From positions 1 through 64,000 of the forward strand of contig CAVUPH010000022.1 of assembly GCA_963743305.1 (NCBI GenBank): a DNA stretch of 64,000 nucleotides. The letters are read 5' to 3'. The notes beneath the pieces are model-generated. The model was not told the DNA's origin and did not search any database. It worked only from the letters and a program-made list of their open reading frames with translations. Origin of the DNA: an uncultured delta proteobacterium. GTDB taxonomy: Bacteria; Desulfobacterota; RBG-13-43-22. Below are positions 53,075 through 62,852 of the stretch, piece by piece (position 1 is the stretch's first letter; every line of letters begins with the position of its first letter). The translations under genes were made by a program, and so were the position numbers.

Positions 53075-54889
53075 CTATTCCTTCTGTGAAAAAATTACCA
53101 CGGTGTAGGGCCCGATGCTGATATCGCCCGAGCAGGGCAGTCCATCGGCCCCTTCCTCGCGCGTTTCAACGTCTGGCGTAGGATGATTGTGAAAGTTTGG
53201 GTCGTAGTTGTAGGAGTCACTGTTAAGGCGCGTTTTCCACCATCCGGCCCGCGGGAAACCGAGGCGATATCCATCGCGGTTTTGATTCGTCATATTGACC
53301 ACCACCACGACGCTATCGGTGGGACCCTGTTGGTCCCAGCGGTGGAAGGCGATGAGCTTGGCCTCATCGTTAAAATGAAAAATATGGATGTTTTGACCGC
53401 ACAACCCCCGCGTCACACCCGACCGGTTGCGTCGCAGGGCGATCAGGTCCCGGTACATTCGGAAAATACCGTGCTCGTCCTCGGTTCGGGCCCAGTCGAT
53501 CGGGTCTTTATCCTGGAACCAGCGATCTTCCAGCAGCTCCTGCCCTTGAAAGAGCATGGGGATACCGGGCGCAGTAAGCACCAAGGCCGCGCCCAGGGTG
53601 GAGCGTTTCTTGGAAAACCAGCTATCCACCTTGCCGGGCCAGATCTCCTCGGGCACGCGGGCCCGCCCATTGGCGACCTCGTCGTGCGACTCGGTATAAA
53701 TGATCCGCCGAAAGACGTCTAAATCGTAACGATGCTCGATCGCATTGCGGACCGCCCCCAGATCGCGGAGTTTATCATCGGGGGAAATGACGGCCTGGCG
53801 AACGGGGTGAACAAATTCGGCATCCCATTGGGCATTGAAACCCGCACCGCCCGCCCCCACCTCTTTAGTGATCCAGGGGTTATTCTTCATGCTTTCGCCG
53901 ATGCTGATTTTGTCGGGAAATCGTTGTTTAATTTCCACGTTGATCCACTGCATCAGGCTCCAGCCTTCGGGGATGTCATTGGCCGGATTGTCGTCATTGC
54001 CGTCAATGCTTTTGATATAGGCAATCATGTCCCAGCGCAGGCCGTCGGCGTGGTACTCCTCGAACCACATCAGCGCGTTATCGCGCAGATAGCGGCGCAC
54101 TTCGTCGCGGCCATAATCGGGACGCGTCTCGCCCCAGGGGGTATTCGCCCGGCGATCTTCGTAAAAATAGATTCCCCCCTTCTCGTTTTCACTCCAACCG
54201 TCAAACTGCCACAAATCAAGATCCGAGGGGCCCAAGTGGTTGTAGACGACATCTACAATCACAGCGATACGTTGCGCATGGGCCGCCTTCACAAATCGCT
54301 TGAGGGCATCGGGTCCGCCGTAAATACTTGCAACGGCAAAGGGATGCGCTGGATTGTAGCCCCACGAAAAGTCGCCCGCAAACTCCGCGATCGGCATCAA
54401 TTCCACGGCATTGATGCCCAACTGTTGAAGGTAGGGCAGTTTTTCAATGGCGCTATCCAGAGTGCCCGGATGCCCCGCTTCTTTCACATGAAAGGTGCCC
54501 ACGTGCATCTCGTAAATGACCAGCTCATTCCCCGTTGCCTGGTGAAAGGCATCATCACCCCAGTCGAAGGCCTTCGGATCATAGATAACTCCATTGCCGA
54601 TCGAGTGGGTCACCTTTCTGGCATAAGGGTCGATGCGGGAGAGGAGGCCCCGAGGACCGTGAATCAAGTATTTGTATTCATCCCCTGTTTTGGCCTCCGA
54701 CACGTCGGTCGACCAGTACCCGTTCTCCTCTTTGGCCAGCGGTGTTGAGGTCTGGCTCCAGTCATTGAAAGTCCCGGTCAGGTAAACCTTGTCGGCGTGA
54801 GGCGCCCAGACGCGGAAGGTTACCCCCTCGGGACCGGGGTTGGCCCCCAGGCCGGAAGGTTTTGCCACCGTTTCGGCTTTTTCGGACAT
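53075..54889 (-). CDS. GH13 alpha-amylase family (branching enzyme/TreZ-like) with N-terminal CBM48
   Basis: FRVWAPHA, IYEMHVGTF, SWGYNP, DVVYNHLG, DGLRWD, ESHDE. Confidence 0.9.
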   Translation of the reverse strand: MSEKAETVAKPSGLGANPGPEGVTFRVWAPHADKVYLTGTFNDWSQTSTPLAKEENGYWSTDVSEAKTGDEYKYLIHGPRGLLSRIDPYARKVTHSIGNGVIYDPKAFDWGDDAFHQATGNELVIYEMHVGTFHVKEAGHPGTLDSAIEKLPYLQQLGINAVELMPIAEFAGDFSWGYNPAHPFAVASIYGGPDALKRFVKAAHAQRIAVIVDVVYNHLGPSDLDLWQFDGWSENEKGGIYFYEDRRANTPWGETRPDYGRDEVRRYLRDNALMWFEEYHADGLRWDMIAYIKSIDGNDDNPANDIPEGWSLMQWINVEIKQRFPDKISIGESMKNNPWITKEVGAGGAGFNAQWDAEFVHPVRQAVISPDDKLRDLGAVRNAIEHRYDLDVFRRIIYTESHDEVANGRARVPEEIWPGKVDSWFSKKRSTLGAALVLTAPGIPMLFQGQELLEDRWFQDKDPIDWARTEDEHGIFRMYRDLIALRRNRSGVTRGLCGQNIHIFHFNDEAKLIAFHRWDQQGPTDSVVVVVNMTNQNRDGYRLGFPRAGWWKTRLNSDSYNYDPNFHNHPTPDVETREEGADGLPCSGDISIGPYTVVIFSQKE

Positions 54890-55209
54890 TTTCCCCTCCT
54901 TTTTCTTAATCAAGGCCATCGGGCCGGCGCCTGGCCTTGTTTGAACCGATAAGGATTATTCTCCGGTCGTTCCCTTTGATGAGAATTTTCGGAGAAAAAA
55001 AGTATAGGGTGAGAAAAGGAAGGGGTCAAGAAGCAAATTAAGTCGGAAGACCAAGGGAAATAACCGAGGCCGGTTTGCTGGAGGCCCCGGGTCACCTTGA
55101 AAATACCCAGGCCGACCCGGGTGGAACGGAACCGCGGGCAACGCGGCAGGCTATTCTCAAAACCTCCTTCCGGTCTTTGAGAGGCTGCTCCGAGGGTTGG
55201 AAGTGACCC

Positions 55210-55299
55210 CTACCGTCGTCTGGTCCAATAGTAACCTCCGCCCCCGCCGAACAATATGACCAATATGACGATGACGATGATGAGCGTTGTAGTATCCAT
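55210..55299 (-). CDS. 29-aa single-TM microprotein, copy 2
   Basis: MDTTTLIIVIVILVILFGGGGGYYWTRRR*, AGGAGG RBS. Confidence 0.75.
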   Translation of the reverse strand: MDTTTLIIVIVILVILFGGGGGYYWTRRR

Positions 55300-55589
55300 A
55301 GTAATTTTCTCCTCCTGATTAGGATTCCGATTTGACTGCTGGGCCGGCATCCCTTGCCAGGCTTGATTGAGCTTCCCCATCGGTTTGAATATCTATCTTC
55401 CAATCTAAACCTTTTCCCGGTAAATGAAATAATAAGAACCGTGTATTTTTTCAAAAGAATGGCTGTATTTTTGGTCTAACCCTTCGGGTCCCGATTGGGG
55501 CTTTCCTTTTTCCCCGATTCGTAGTACTTTTCACATGATGGCGCTCATTCCATTAGAGCATTCTCTTGCCTTAACCGGAGGACTAACGG

Positions 55590-58040
55590 ATGAACCGATT
55601 TATTTGTATCCATGGGCATTTTTATCAACCTCCCAGAGAAAGCCCCTGGCTGGAGGCCATTGAGATTCAAGATTCGGCGTTCCCGTACCACGACTGGAAC
55701 GAGCGGATTACCGCTGAATGCTACGCGGCAAACGCCGTGTCGAGAATCTGGGATACGGAAGGACGAATCGCCCAACTGGTAAACAATTATGCCAGTATAA
55801 GCTTCAACTTCGGTCCGACGGTCTTGCTCTGGATGCAGCGGTATGCCCCCGACGCCTATGAGGCCATTCTAGAGGCTGACCGGCAGAGCCTGGAGAAATG
55901 CTCCGGTCATGGAAATGCGTTGGCCCAAGCCTACAATCACATGATTCTACCGCTGGCCAACAGCCGCGACAAGAACACCCAGATTATCTGGGGAATAAAA
56001 GATTTTGAATATCGCTTTGGACGCCAGCCGGAAGGGTTGTGGCTCCCGGAGACGGCGGTAGATCTGGAAACCCTGGATCTCATGGCTCAGCAGGGCATCG
56101 GCTTTGCCATCCTTGCCCCCCGGCAGGCCAGCCGGGTCCGGCCCATTGATGGGAATGAATGGCAGGACGTGAGTGGTGGGAAAATCTATCCGGCCATAGC
56201 CTACCGGCTGTCGCTGCCGTCCGGCCGCGTCATGAACCTGTTCTTTTACGACGGTCCCATTGCCCAGGCGCTGGCCTTTGAAGGATTGCTCGACAACGGC
56301 GAGGCGTTCGCCAACCGGCTGCTGTCCGCCTTCGCCGACGATTCTCCTCGCCTCGTCCACATCGCCACGGATGGCGAAAGCTATGGACATCATCATCGCT
56401 ACGGCGACATGGCCCTGGCGCATGCGCTCCATCACCTGGAGTCCAACGGGCTGGCCCAGGTGACGAATTACGGCCGATACCTGGAGGATCATCCGCCGGC
56501 GTACGAAGTGGAGATCTTTGAAAACAGCTCCTGGAGCTGCGAGCACGGCGTAGAACGTTGGCGGTCCGATTGCGGGTGCAACAGCGGCGGCCACCCGGGT
56601 TGGAACCAGGGTTGGCGAGCCCCCCTGCGTGCGGCCCTGGACTGGCTCCGCGATGCCGTGAACCCGGCTTATGAACAACTGGCCGGACAGTTTCTGACCG
56701 ACCCCTGGGTGGCTCGTGACGACTACATCGACGTCATCGTGGATCGATCACCCGAACGCGTCAGGGCGTTTATGAACCGCCACGCCACCAGTCCCTTAAA
56801 CTCCGAGGACGAGATCACGGTCCTGAATCTCATGGAGCTCCAACGCCACCTGATGCTCATGTACACCAGTTGCGGTTGGTTTTTTGACGAGCTTTCCGGG
56901 ATGGAGACGGTTCAGGTCATACAATACGCCGGCCGGGTTCTGCAATTGGCCGACCAGCTTTTTAACGACTCTTTCGAACCCGGCTTTCTCGAACATCTGG
57001 AGCGTGCCAAGAGCAACCTGCCTGAACACCGTGACGGCCGCACCATTTATGAAAAATTGGTCAGGCCGGCCATGCTCGATATGAAAGATGTGGGCGCCCA
57101 CTATGCCTTAAGCTCGCTGTTCCAGGATATCGGTGAACGCAGTTCGATCTATGCCTATTCCGCCACCCGGGAGGACTACCGCAGCTTTCAGGTAGGAGGT
57201 TCCAGGCTGGTAATCGGGCGGGCCACGGTCACTTCAGACGTTACGCGCGTATCCTCCAGCTTGTGCTTTGGCGTTCTGCATCTTGGTGATCATAGTATCG
57301 CCTGCGGGACCGGTGAATATCAAGGCGCGCAAAAATATGAAGCGCTGGCCAAAGAAATTTCAGCGGCTTTCGCCGGAGCTGACTTTCCGAAGACCATACT
57401 ACTGCTGGGTAAATACTTCGGGACGTCCACGTATTCTCTGACCTCGTTGTTTGCCGATGAACGGCGAAAAGTCCTGAATATCATCATGGGGCCGACTCTG
57501 AGAGAGGCTGAAGCGGCCTATAGCTCGATTTATGAGCACCATGCTCCTTTGATTCGCTTTTTAGCCGGGTCCGGGACGCCACGGCCCCAAGTCCTGTCGG
57601 TCGCCGCGGACTTGTGCTTGAATGCCAAGTTTCGTAGGGTGCTTCAAGGGGAGGGTCTTGACCCCGAAGTCATCGGACCTCTTCTGGAAGAAGCTCGTTT
57701 GGCAGGCGCCACTCTGGATGCGACGGCTCTCGGCTTATTACTGGCCGTCAACATTGAGAGTCTGGCCGAGCAACTTCTCGATCAACCTGACGATCTTTCT
57801 CGCCTAAAGCTATTGAATAAGGCGGCCCAATTGGTCCGGACTTTGCCGTTCGAGGTTAATCTCTGGAAAACCCAAAACATCTGCTACAAGATCCTTCACA
57901 CCCATTGTCCCACCTTAAATGAGGAGGCCGGCCCGGGCAACCAAAACGCGCAAGAATGGCTACGCCGTTACACGGTTTTGGCCGATAATTTTTTGCTGCG
58001 GGTGCCCCAATGTCCCGTAAACAGCAAAGCCGCGCCGTAA
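55590..58040 (+). CDS. GH57 family / DUF3536 glycoside hydrolase
   Basis: HGHFYQPPRE, YNHMILPL, WLPETAVD, ATDGESYGHH, SWSCEHG, MYTSCGWFFDE. Confidence 0.9.
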   Translation: MNRFICIHGHFYQPPRESPWLEAIEIQDSAFPYHDWNERITAECYAANAVSRIWDTEGRIAQLVNNYASISFNFGPTVLLWMQRYAPDAYEAILEADRQSLEKCSGHGNALAQAYNHMILPLANSRDKNTQIIWGIKDFEYRFGRQPEGLWLPETAVDLETLDLMAQQGIGFAILAPRQASRVRPIDGNEWQDVSGGKIYPAIAYRLSLPSGRVMNLFFYDGPIAQALAFEGLLDNGEAFANRLLSAFADDSPRLVHIATDGESYGHHHRYGDMALAHALHHLESNGLAQVTNYGRYLEDHPPAYEVEIFENSSWSCEHGVERWRSDCGCNSGGHPGWNQGWRAPLRAALDWLRDAVNPAYEQLAGQFLTDPWVARDDYIDVIVDRSPERVRAFMNRHATSPLNSEDEITVLNLMELQRHLMLMYTSCGWFFDELSGMETVQVIQYAGRVLQLADQLFNDSFEPGFLEHLERAKSNLPEHRDGRTIYEKLVRPAMLDMKDVGAHYALSSLFQDIGERSSIYAYSATREDYRSFQVGGSRLVIGRATVTSDVTRVSSSLCFGVLHLGDHSIACGTGEYQGAQKYEALAKEISAAFAGADFPKTILLLGKYFGTSTYSLTSLFADERRKVLNIIMGPTLREAEAAYSSIYEHHAPLIRFLAGSGTPRPQVLSVAADLCLNAKFRRVLQGEGLDPEVIGPLLEEARLAGATLDATALGLLLAVNIESLAEQLLDQPDDLSRLKLLNKAAQLVRTLPFEVNLWKTQNICYKILHTHCPTLNEEAGPGNQNAQEWLRRYTVLADNFLLRVPQCPVNSKAAP

Positions 58041-58189
58041 ACGTATTCTTCCGTTGTTCGGCGGTTACGGTCTAAGTATCTGCAAAAATACACCCCTTTC
58101 CCTTCAAAAATTACGGGTTCACCCTATTCCCTTCATGGCCTGGCCCTGTTATCCTTTCAGCTCAAGGATCAGCTAAAGGAGGCCGCACC

Positions 58190-58600
58190 ATGTCCAGACT
58201 GATTAAGATCCTGCACATCGATCCCGATTACCAGATCACCTATCTCATTTATCGTCACAACTCATCTATCCGGACCTCGGTTCCCCTGAAGACGGCTATT
58301 GAGCTTTTGAAAAAAGAGGATTTTGACCTGATCCTATCGGAACCGCATAACAAGGCCATTCTGAAAAAGACGCCTCAGACCATTGAACCCAAACCCGGCT
58401 CGGCCGATGACCAAACTTTTATGCGGGCCATTCAAGGCGATTTCAGGAAGTACGATCCCATTGCTATTCATAGAAACAGGAGGTGTTCCATGAAACAGGA
58501 GGCCGTCATGGATTTAAAAAAAAGGATGTCTGATTTATTTTACGACCAATCCTTTTTCTACGGCGTAGGTAGTCAGTGCCCAAATCGAATGCAGGTTTAA
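58190..58600 (+). CDS. Hypothetical protein, degenerate receiver-like N-terminus
   Basis: AAGGAGG RBS; IKILHIDPD..AIELLKKEDFDLILSE; 3' end overlaps the response regulator on the opposite strand. Confidence 0.4.
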   Translation: MSRLIKILHIDPDYQITYLIYRHNSSIRTSVPLKTAIELLKKEDFDLILSEPHNKAILKKTPQTIEPKPGSADDQTFMRAIQGDFRKYDPIAIHRNRRCSMKQEAVMDLKKRMSDLFYDQSFFYGVGSQCPNRMQV

Positions 58601-59197
58601 TTTCTTCATGAGGTTCGAACGATGCTTCTCTACCGTATGGAGACTGAGGCAGAGGTAGTCGGCAATGTTCTTGCTGCTATTCCCCTCCCCGATCAATTTC
58701 AAAATTTCCCGCTCTCTTGAGGTTAAGGTGTCCCAGGAGGTCTGGACGGATTCGGACTTTTTCCCGACCAGGTAGCCCTCGATCACCTTTTCGGAGATAC
58801 TCGGACTGAGTACCCGCTTCCCGTCCAAAATATTCCGGATAGCCTGAATCAAATCGGTATGACTGGAATCCTTTAAAATATATCCGTCGGCCCCCGCCCG
58901 CAGAGCGGCCAGGATGTATTCTTCGGAATCGTTGACGGTCAGGGCCAGGATTTTTATTTGGGGCCATTTTTTCCTAATTTGCCGGATGGCCTCCACCCCG
59001 CCCACCCGCGGCATGGATAAATCCATCAACACCAAGGCGGGTAGGAGCTTCTCCGCTTGCTGGATGGCCTCCCGCCCGTCCCCGGCTTCGCCGATTACTT
59101 CCAGATCCGGGAGAGAGGAAAGGAGCGCCCGCAGTCCCTCCCGGATAAGCGTATGGTCTTCGGCAATAAGTACGCCCCTCTTTTCACTGCCGATCAT
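58535..59197 (-). CDS. NarL/FixJ-family response regulator
   Basis: VLIAEDH, LVLMDLSMP, GYILKD, LTSREREIL, TVEKHRSNLMKKL. Confidence 0.95.
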   Translation of the reverse strand: MIGSEKRGVLIAEDHTLIREGLRALLSSLPDLEVIGEAGDGREAIQQAEKLLPALVLMDLSMPRVGGVEAIRQIRKKWPQIKILALTVNDSEEYILAALRAGADGYILKDSSHTDLIQAIRNILDGKRVLSPSISEKVIEGYLVGKKSESVQTSWDTLTSREREILKLIGEGNSSKNIADYLCLSLHTVEKHRSNLMKKLNLHSIWALTTYAVEKGLVVK

Positions 59198-59326
59198 AGT
59201 GCCCTCCTGATATCCTTATCCCTCCCGGGGTTCGACGGGCGAGACTAAAGCCTGAACGATCTTTGATCAGGATATTACTTTAAAAGTGAAGAAAAAATCA
59301 ATACCCGCCAAAAATATTTGAAAGAA

Positions 59327-61504
59327 TTAATCTGCTTGGTTCCCCCCCCTGATCTCCCCATTCAACGGCCAGGAAATTCCGATAATCGTGCCTTTACCTG
59401 GATGGGACTCGACGGAAAAGAAGCCCCCGGATAGTTCCGCCCGCTCTTTCATGATGGAAAGTCCCATCCCCGTCCCCTGTCCGGCCGCCCCCGGCAGTTG
59501 TTCATAATTGAATCCCACCCCGTTGTCCCCGATAGCCAGCTTTATATGGCCCTGTTCCCGACTCAAGTGAATCCAAATTCGGGTCGCTTGGGCATGCTTT
59601 CCGGCATTGTTCAGGGCTTCCTGGGTTATCCGAAAAATTATGACTTTCAACCGTTCCGGCACGTCCTCCTCCCGGACCTCCAACCCTTGTTCGACCGCAA
59701 TCCGGGAATAGGTCTTTTGAAATTCCCGTGATAACCAGGACAAGGTGGGAAGAATACCCAGTTCATCCAGGTGGGGAGGCCGTAAATCATGCTGGATCCT
59801 CCTGGCCTCACGGATGGTCTCCTGAATGATCGAGATCAGGAAGCCCAGGGTTTCATTTATCTGTTGGAAATCCCGGTCGGACAAATTGAGAACCAGGTCC
59901 TCCAATTTATATTTGAGACCGCTCAGGGAGGCCCCCAGGCTGTCGTGCATCTCCCGGGCGATTCGCTTTCGTTCATTTTCCTGGGCACATAAAAGCTGGT
60001 TGGCCAGGAAACGAAGCTCCCGTTCTGAACTCCGCAGCGCTTCCTCGGTCGCCTGGCGATCGGTGACCTCCTCCAGAGAAAAAACTAAAGAAGCTACTTC
60101 ACCCCGATCGTCCAACAACGGGGTCAGGGTCCAGTCCCAGAAGGTTACCCCCCTCTCGGGATGATCCGGGAAAAAAAAAGGTTTGGCTACCGCCTGAAAG
60201 GGGGTCTTGGTTTCCACCACCCGCCGGAAGATAGCCTCATTTTCTTCGTTAGGGTAGAACTCGAAATGGTTGTGCCCGGGGAAATCGGCTACCGCCCGCT
60301 GGCAGGACCGGGCGTAGGATTCGTTGACCCGGAGGAAGTTGAAATCCCGGTCCAGAAGGACCAGGGGGGTAATCGTGTCCTTGAAAAAAGATTCCAGTAT
60401 GCGGGATTGCTCCGCCAGGTGCGCATGGGCTTTTTCCAGTTCAGCCGTCCGTTCCTGCACCCGGAGTTCCAATTCATCCCTCACCGCTCTGACCGCCTCC
60501 GCGGCCTTTTTACTCTCCTCGATGTTAAGGACATGGACCACAAATCCCTGGATTTGGTCTACCTCGTTGACGTCGGGGGTATAACTGGCTCGTACCCAGC
60601 GGCTATCGCCCCCCTGAAATGGCAATTGACGTTCGTACGTTATCGATTCCCCGGCCAGCGCCCTTTCCACATAGGGCTTAATTTCTTTCCACTGGGCCTC
60701 TCCAAGAATGTCGCTCATATGCCGCCCCGGGATGTCTTCGGCTGGGAAACCAAACCACCGGGCATAGTTCCGGTTGACCCGGCGATAACGGCCGTCGGTA
60801 TCCACGTAAGCTATCAGGGCCGGGACCGCTTCCATAACCAAACGCAGGTCATTTTCCCGATTACGCAGGGCCTCCTCGGCCTGTTTTTGTTCGGTAATGT
60901 CCAGCAGGGCCGCCTGACATACCGGTTGGGTTCCCTCCTTCGGCTCTCCCGGGACCCCCTCGATGCGTACACCGGCCAGGCGGCCTCCGTCCTTAAGCAG
61001 GGTCACTTCACAGACCTGCTTGGTCCCGGTGGAAAAAACCTTTTCCACGAAATCATTAAAGAGGGCGATATCCCCCGGCATCACAAATAATTGAAAACGC
61101 CGGTTCACCAGGCGACTCCGCTCCTCTCCCAGCAGGCGAGCCCCGGTGAGGTTGATTTCAAGGATTTCCCCCTTCGGACCGAAGGTGGCATAGCCGACCG
61201 GGGCCAGGTCGTAGAGATCGAAGTATTTGCGGCGGGCCTGCTCGGCCTCTAAGTGGAGCTGTTGGAGTTCCTGGTTCTGTTGTTCCAGCTCGATCTGATA
61301 AACCTCCAGGTCATGGACCAGGGACCGGGAATTCTCCGGTTCCGGGCCTGGCTGGGTTGCCTTTTGGGGGTCCGTCAGCTCTTCGGCCCGACTGCGCGAT
61401 TCCCGGCCGATTCTTTCCGCTTTAGAGTTCTGGGAGATCTTTTTGCTTTTCATATCCAAATCCGAATTCCAGGGAAGGTAGGCGAGATAATTTGATAAGT
61501 GCAT
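59327..61504 (-). CDS. Multi-PAS sensor histidine kinase (HisKA_3)
   Basis: Three PAS domains, ERKRIAREMHD, QEALNNAGKHA, DNGVGF, GMGL; true start may be at 61453. Confidence 0.9.
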   Translation of the reverse strand: MHLSNYLAYLPWNSDLDMKSKKISQNSKAERIGRESRSRAEELTDPQKATQPGPEPENSRSLVHDLEVYQIELEQQNQELQQLHLEAEQARRKYFDLYDLAPVGYATFGPKGEILEINLTGARLLGEERSRLVNRRFQLFVMPGDIALFNDFVEKVFSTGTKQVCEVTLLKDGGRLAGVRIEGVPGEPKEGTQPVCQAALLDITEQKQAEEALRNRENDLRLVMEAVPALIAYVDTDGRYRRVNRNYARWFGFPAEDIPGRHMSDILGEAQWKEIKPYVERALAGESITYERQLPFQGGDSRWVRASYTPDVNEVDQIQGFVVHVLNIEESKKAAEAVRAVRDELELRVQERTAELEKAHAHLAEQSRILESFFKDTITPLVLLDRDFNFLRVNESYARSCQRAVADFPGHNHFEFYPNEENEAIFRRVVETKTPFQAVAKPFFFPDHPERGVTFWDWTLTPLLDDRGEVASLVFSLEEVTDRQATEEALRSSERELRFLANQLLCAQENERKRIAREMHDSLGASLSGLKYKLEDLVLNLSDRDFQQINETLGFLISIIQETIREARRIQHDLRPPHLDELGILPTLSWLSREFQKTYSRIAVEQGLEVREEDVPERLKVIIFRITQEALNNAGKHAQATRIWIHLSREQGHIKLAIGDNGVGFNYEQLPGAAGQGTGMGLSIMKERAELSGGFFSVESHPGKGTIIGISWPLNGEIRGGNQAD

Positions 61505-61986
61505 TTAGGGGGAAATTACCATGGTCGGAAAACAAGATCAAGCGAGACTTTTATCCCTCAATTCCCGGCCATCTCCTCTGCTGATAAACTCCTTCTAAAA
61601 GCCCATTCCGACCGTTTCAATCCTTCAGGTTTTTCTCAAAAATGCTTGGTTTTTAACCCTTCTGGGGCATAAACTGCTTAGTCAATTACAGAAGTTAGCG
61701 GACATGATAATTCTTGCTTCGGCCTATTCCAGGGGTTCATTTATTCGCCCGTCTATAAGCTCCCGATGGCGCTTGATGGCACCCTGGAAACCACCACTAC
61801 CCGCCGGCCGCATTTACCGAATAAGGGGAATTCGCAGAAAGCAGCGGGAATTACCCCCAAAAGAGATTAAGAATACCTCCATTTTCCTTTCAAAGTAACG
61901 GCTTCCACTTATTGAATCTATTTCCTTTTTCCTCTATCCTATCGCTTAAGGGATATAGAAGGAATTCACAATTGGAGGGGCAGGGA

Positions 61987-62079
61987 ATGATTTTCGTGGC
62001 CTTCATTCTCCTTGGTTTGATCGGCTGGGCCTTATTTTATCCCCGATTGGACGGCTTCCTGACCAGGCGAAAAATTTAA
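61987..62079 (+). CDS. Putative 30-aa membrane microprotein
   Basis: GGAGG upstream; MIFVAFILLGLIGWALFYPRLDGFLTRRKI*. Confidence 0.4.
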   Translation: MIFVAFILLGLIGWALFYPRLDGFLTRRKI

Positions 62080-62104
62080 AGAGTCCGGCTATCTTCAAAG
62101 TCTC

Positions 62105-62138
62105 CCTCCATATTTGGAGGCCCCGCCAAATATGGAGG
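62105..62138. promoter_or_regulatory. 34-bp palindromic UAS, copy 3
   Basis: CCTCCATATTTGGAGGCCCCGCCAAATATGGAGG. Confidence 0.7.
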
Positions 62139-62236
62139 TCCAGCCCATCGTTTCTACCTTCTTTGCTGTTTGCTTCTATTAATATAACTAGCTGGTTTCA
62201 GTGTTTTTTTAAGACTTTTAATTTTTTTCGGGCTGT

Positions 62237-62252
62237 TGGTCAACTACTTGCA
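62237..62252 (+). promoter_or_regulatory. sigma54 (-24/-12) promoter
   Basis: TGGTC-AACTAC-TTGCA, 99 bp from UAS copy 3. Confidence 0.7.
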
Positions 62253-62401
62253 CTTTGGATATTTTGTGAAGGATATTTGCCAAGCCCGAAAAAAGACAAG
62301 GGATGGAGACAGGATTTACGAAAACGCATAGACCCCCAACCATGATCCAGGAATTGGGGAAATCTTGGCTCAGATAGAGCTTAGAAAGGAGGCCGGATAC
62401 C

Positions 62402-62536
62402 ATGCAACTCATATTATCGCCACAGCCGGTGGTTGCGCTAATCGCGGGAATATTGATTCTTCTAATCCCGAGACTATTGAATTATATCGTTGCCATTTAT
62501 CTCATTATATTTGGCATTCTCGGGTTGATCCGCTGA
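62402..62536 (+). CDS. DUF3096 family small membrane protein
   Basis: AAGGAGG RBS; MQLILSPQPVVALIAGILILLIPRLLNYIVAIYLIIFGILGLIR*. Confidence 0.85.
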   Translation: MQLILSPQPVVALIAGILILLIPRLLNYIVAIYLIIFGILGLIR

Positions 62537-62594
62537 TTGGCTGGCGAATCATCTTCAGTTGGGAATAATTTAGTAACAAGAAAGGAGAAAAGCT

Positions 62595-62747
62595 ATGGGA
62601 CTTATATTGATCGTCATCTTAGTCCTGCTACTCATCGGCGTGCTGCCCACCTGGAACCATAGTAAATCCTGGGGGCCCTATCCCAGCGGCGGAATCGGAC
62701 TGATCCTCCTGATTCTGCTCATCCTGTTTCTAATGGGGCGAATCTAA
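62595..62747 (+). CDS. DUF3309 family small membrane protein
   Basis: AAGGAG RBS; MGLILIVILVLLLIGVLPTWNHSKSWGPYPSGGIGLILLILLILFLMGRI*. Confidence 0.85.
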   Translation: MGLILIVILVLLLIGVLPTWNHSKSWGPYPSGGIGLILLILLILFLMGRI

Positions 62748-62852
62748 AGGGGGGGTAGGGCAGGTGCATTAGATTCTTACATCCACGTTTCATGCAGAAC
62801 TTGAAAAGGAAGCCAGAGGCCATGCAAATCGGTATGGAGGTTAAATAGATGG

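Noticed and set aside
21987-62138. The 34-bp palindromes as CRISPR repeats or terminators
   Set aside because: Dispersed rather than arrayed, no spacers or cas genes, no U-tract; the fixed spacing to sigma54 boxes fits a UAS.
62366-62381. Alternative sigma54 box TGGCT-N6-GAGCT
   Set aside because: Poor -12 match and the start site would fall within the RBS; 62237 fits better.
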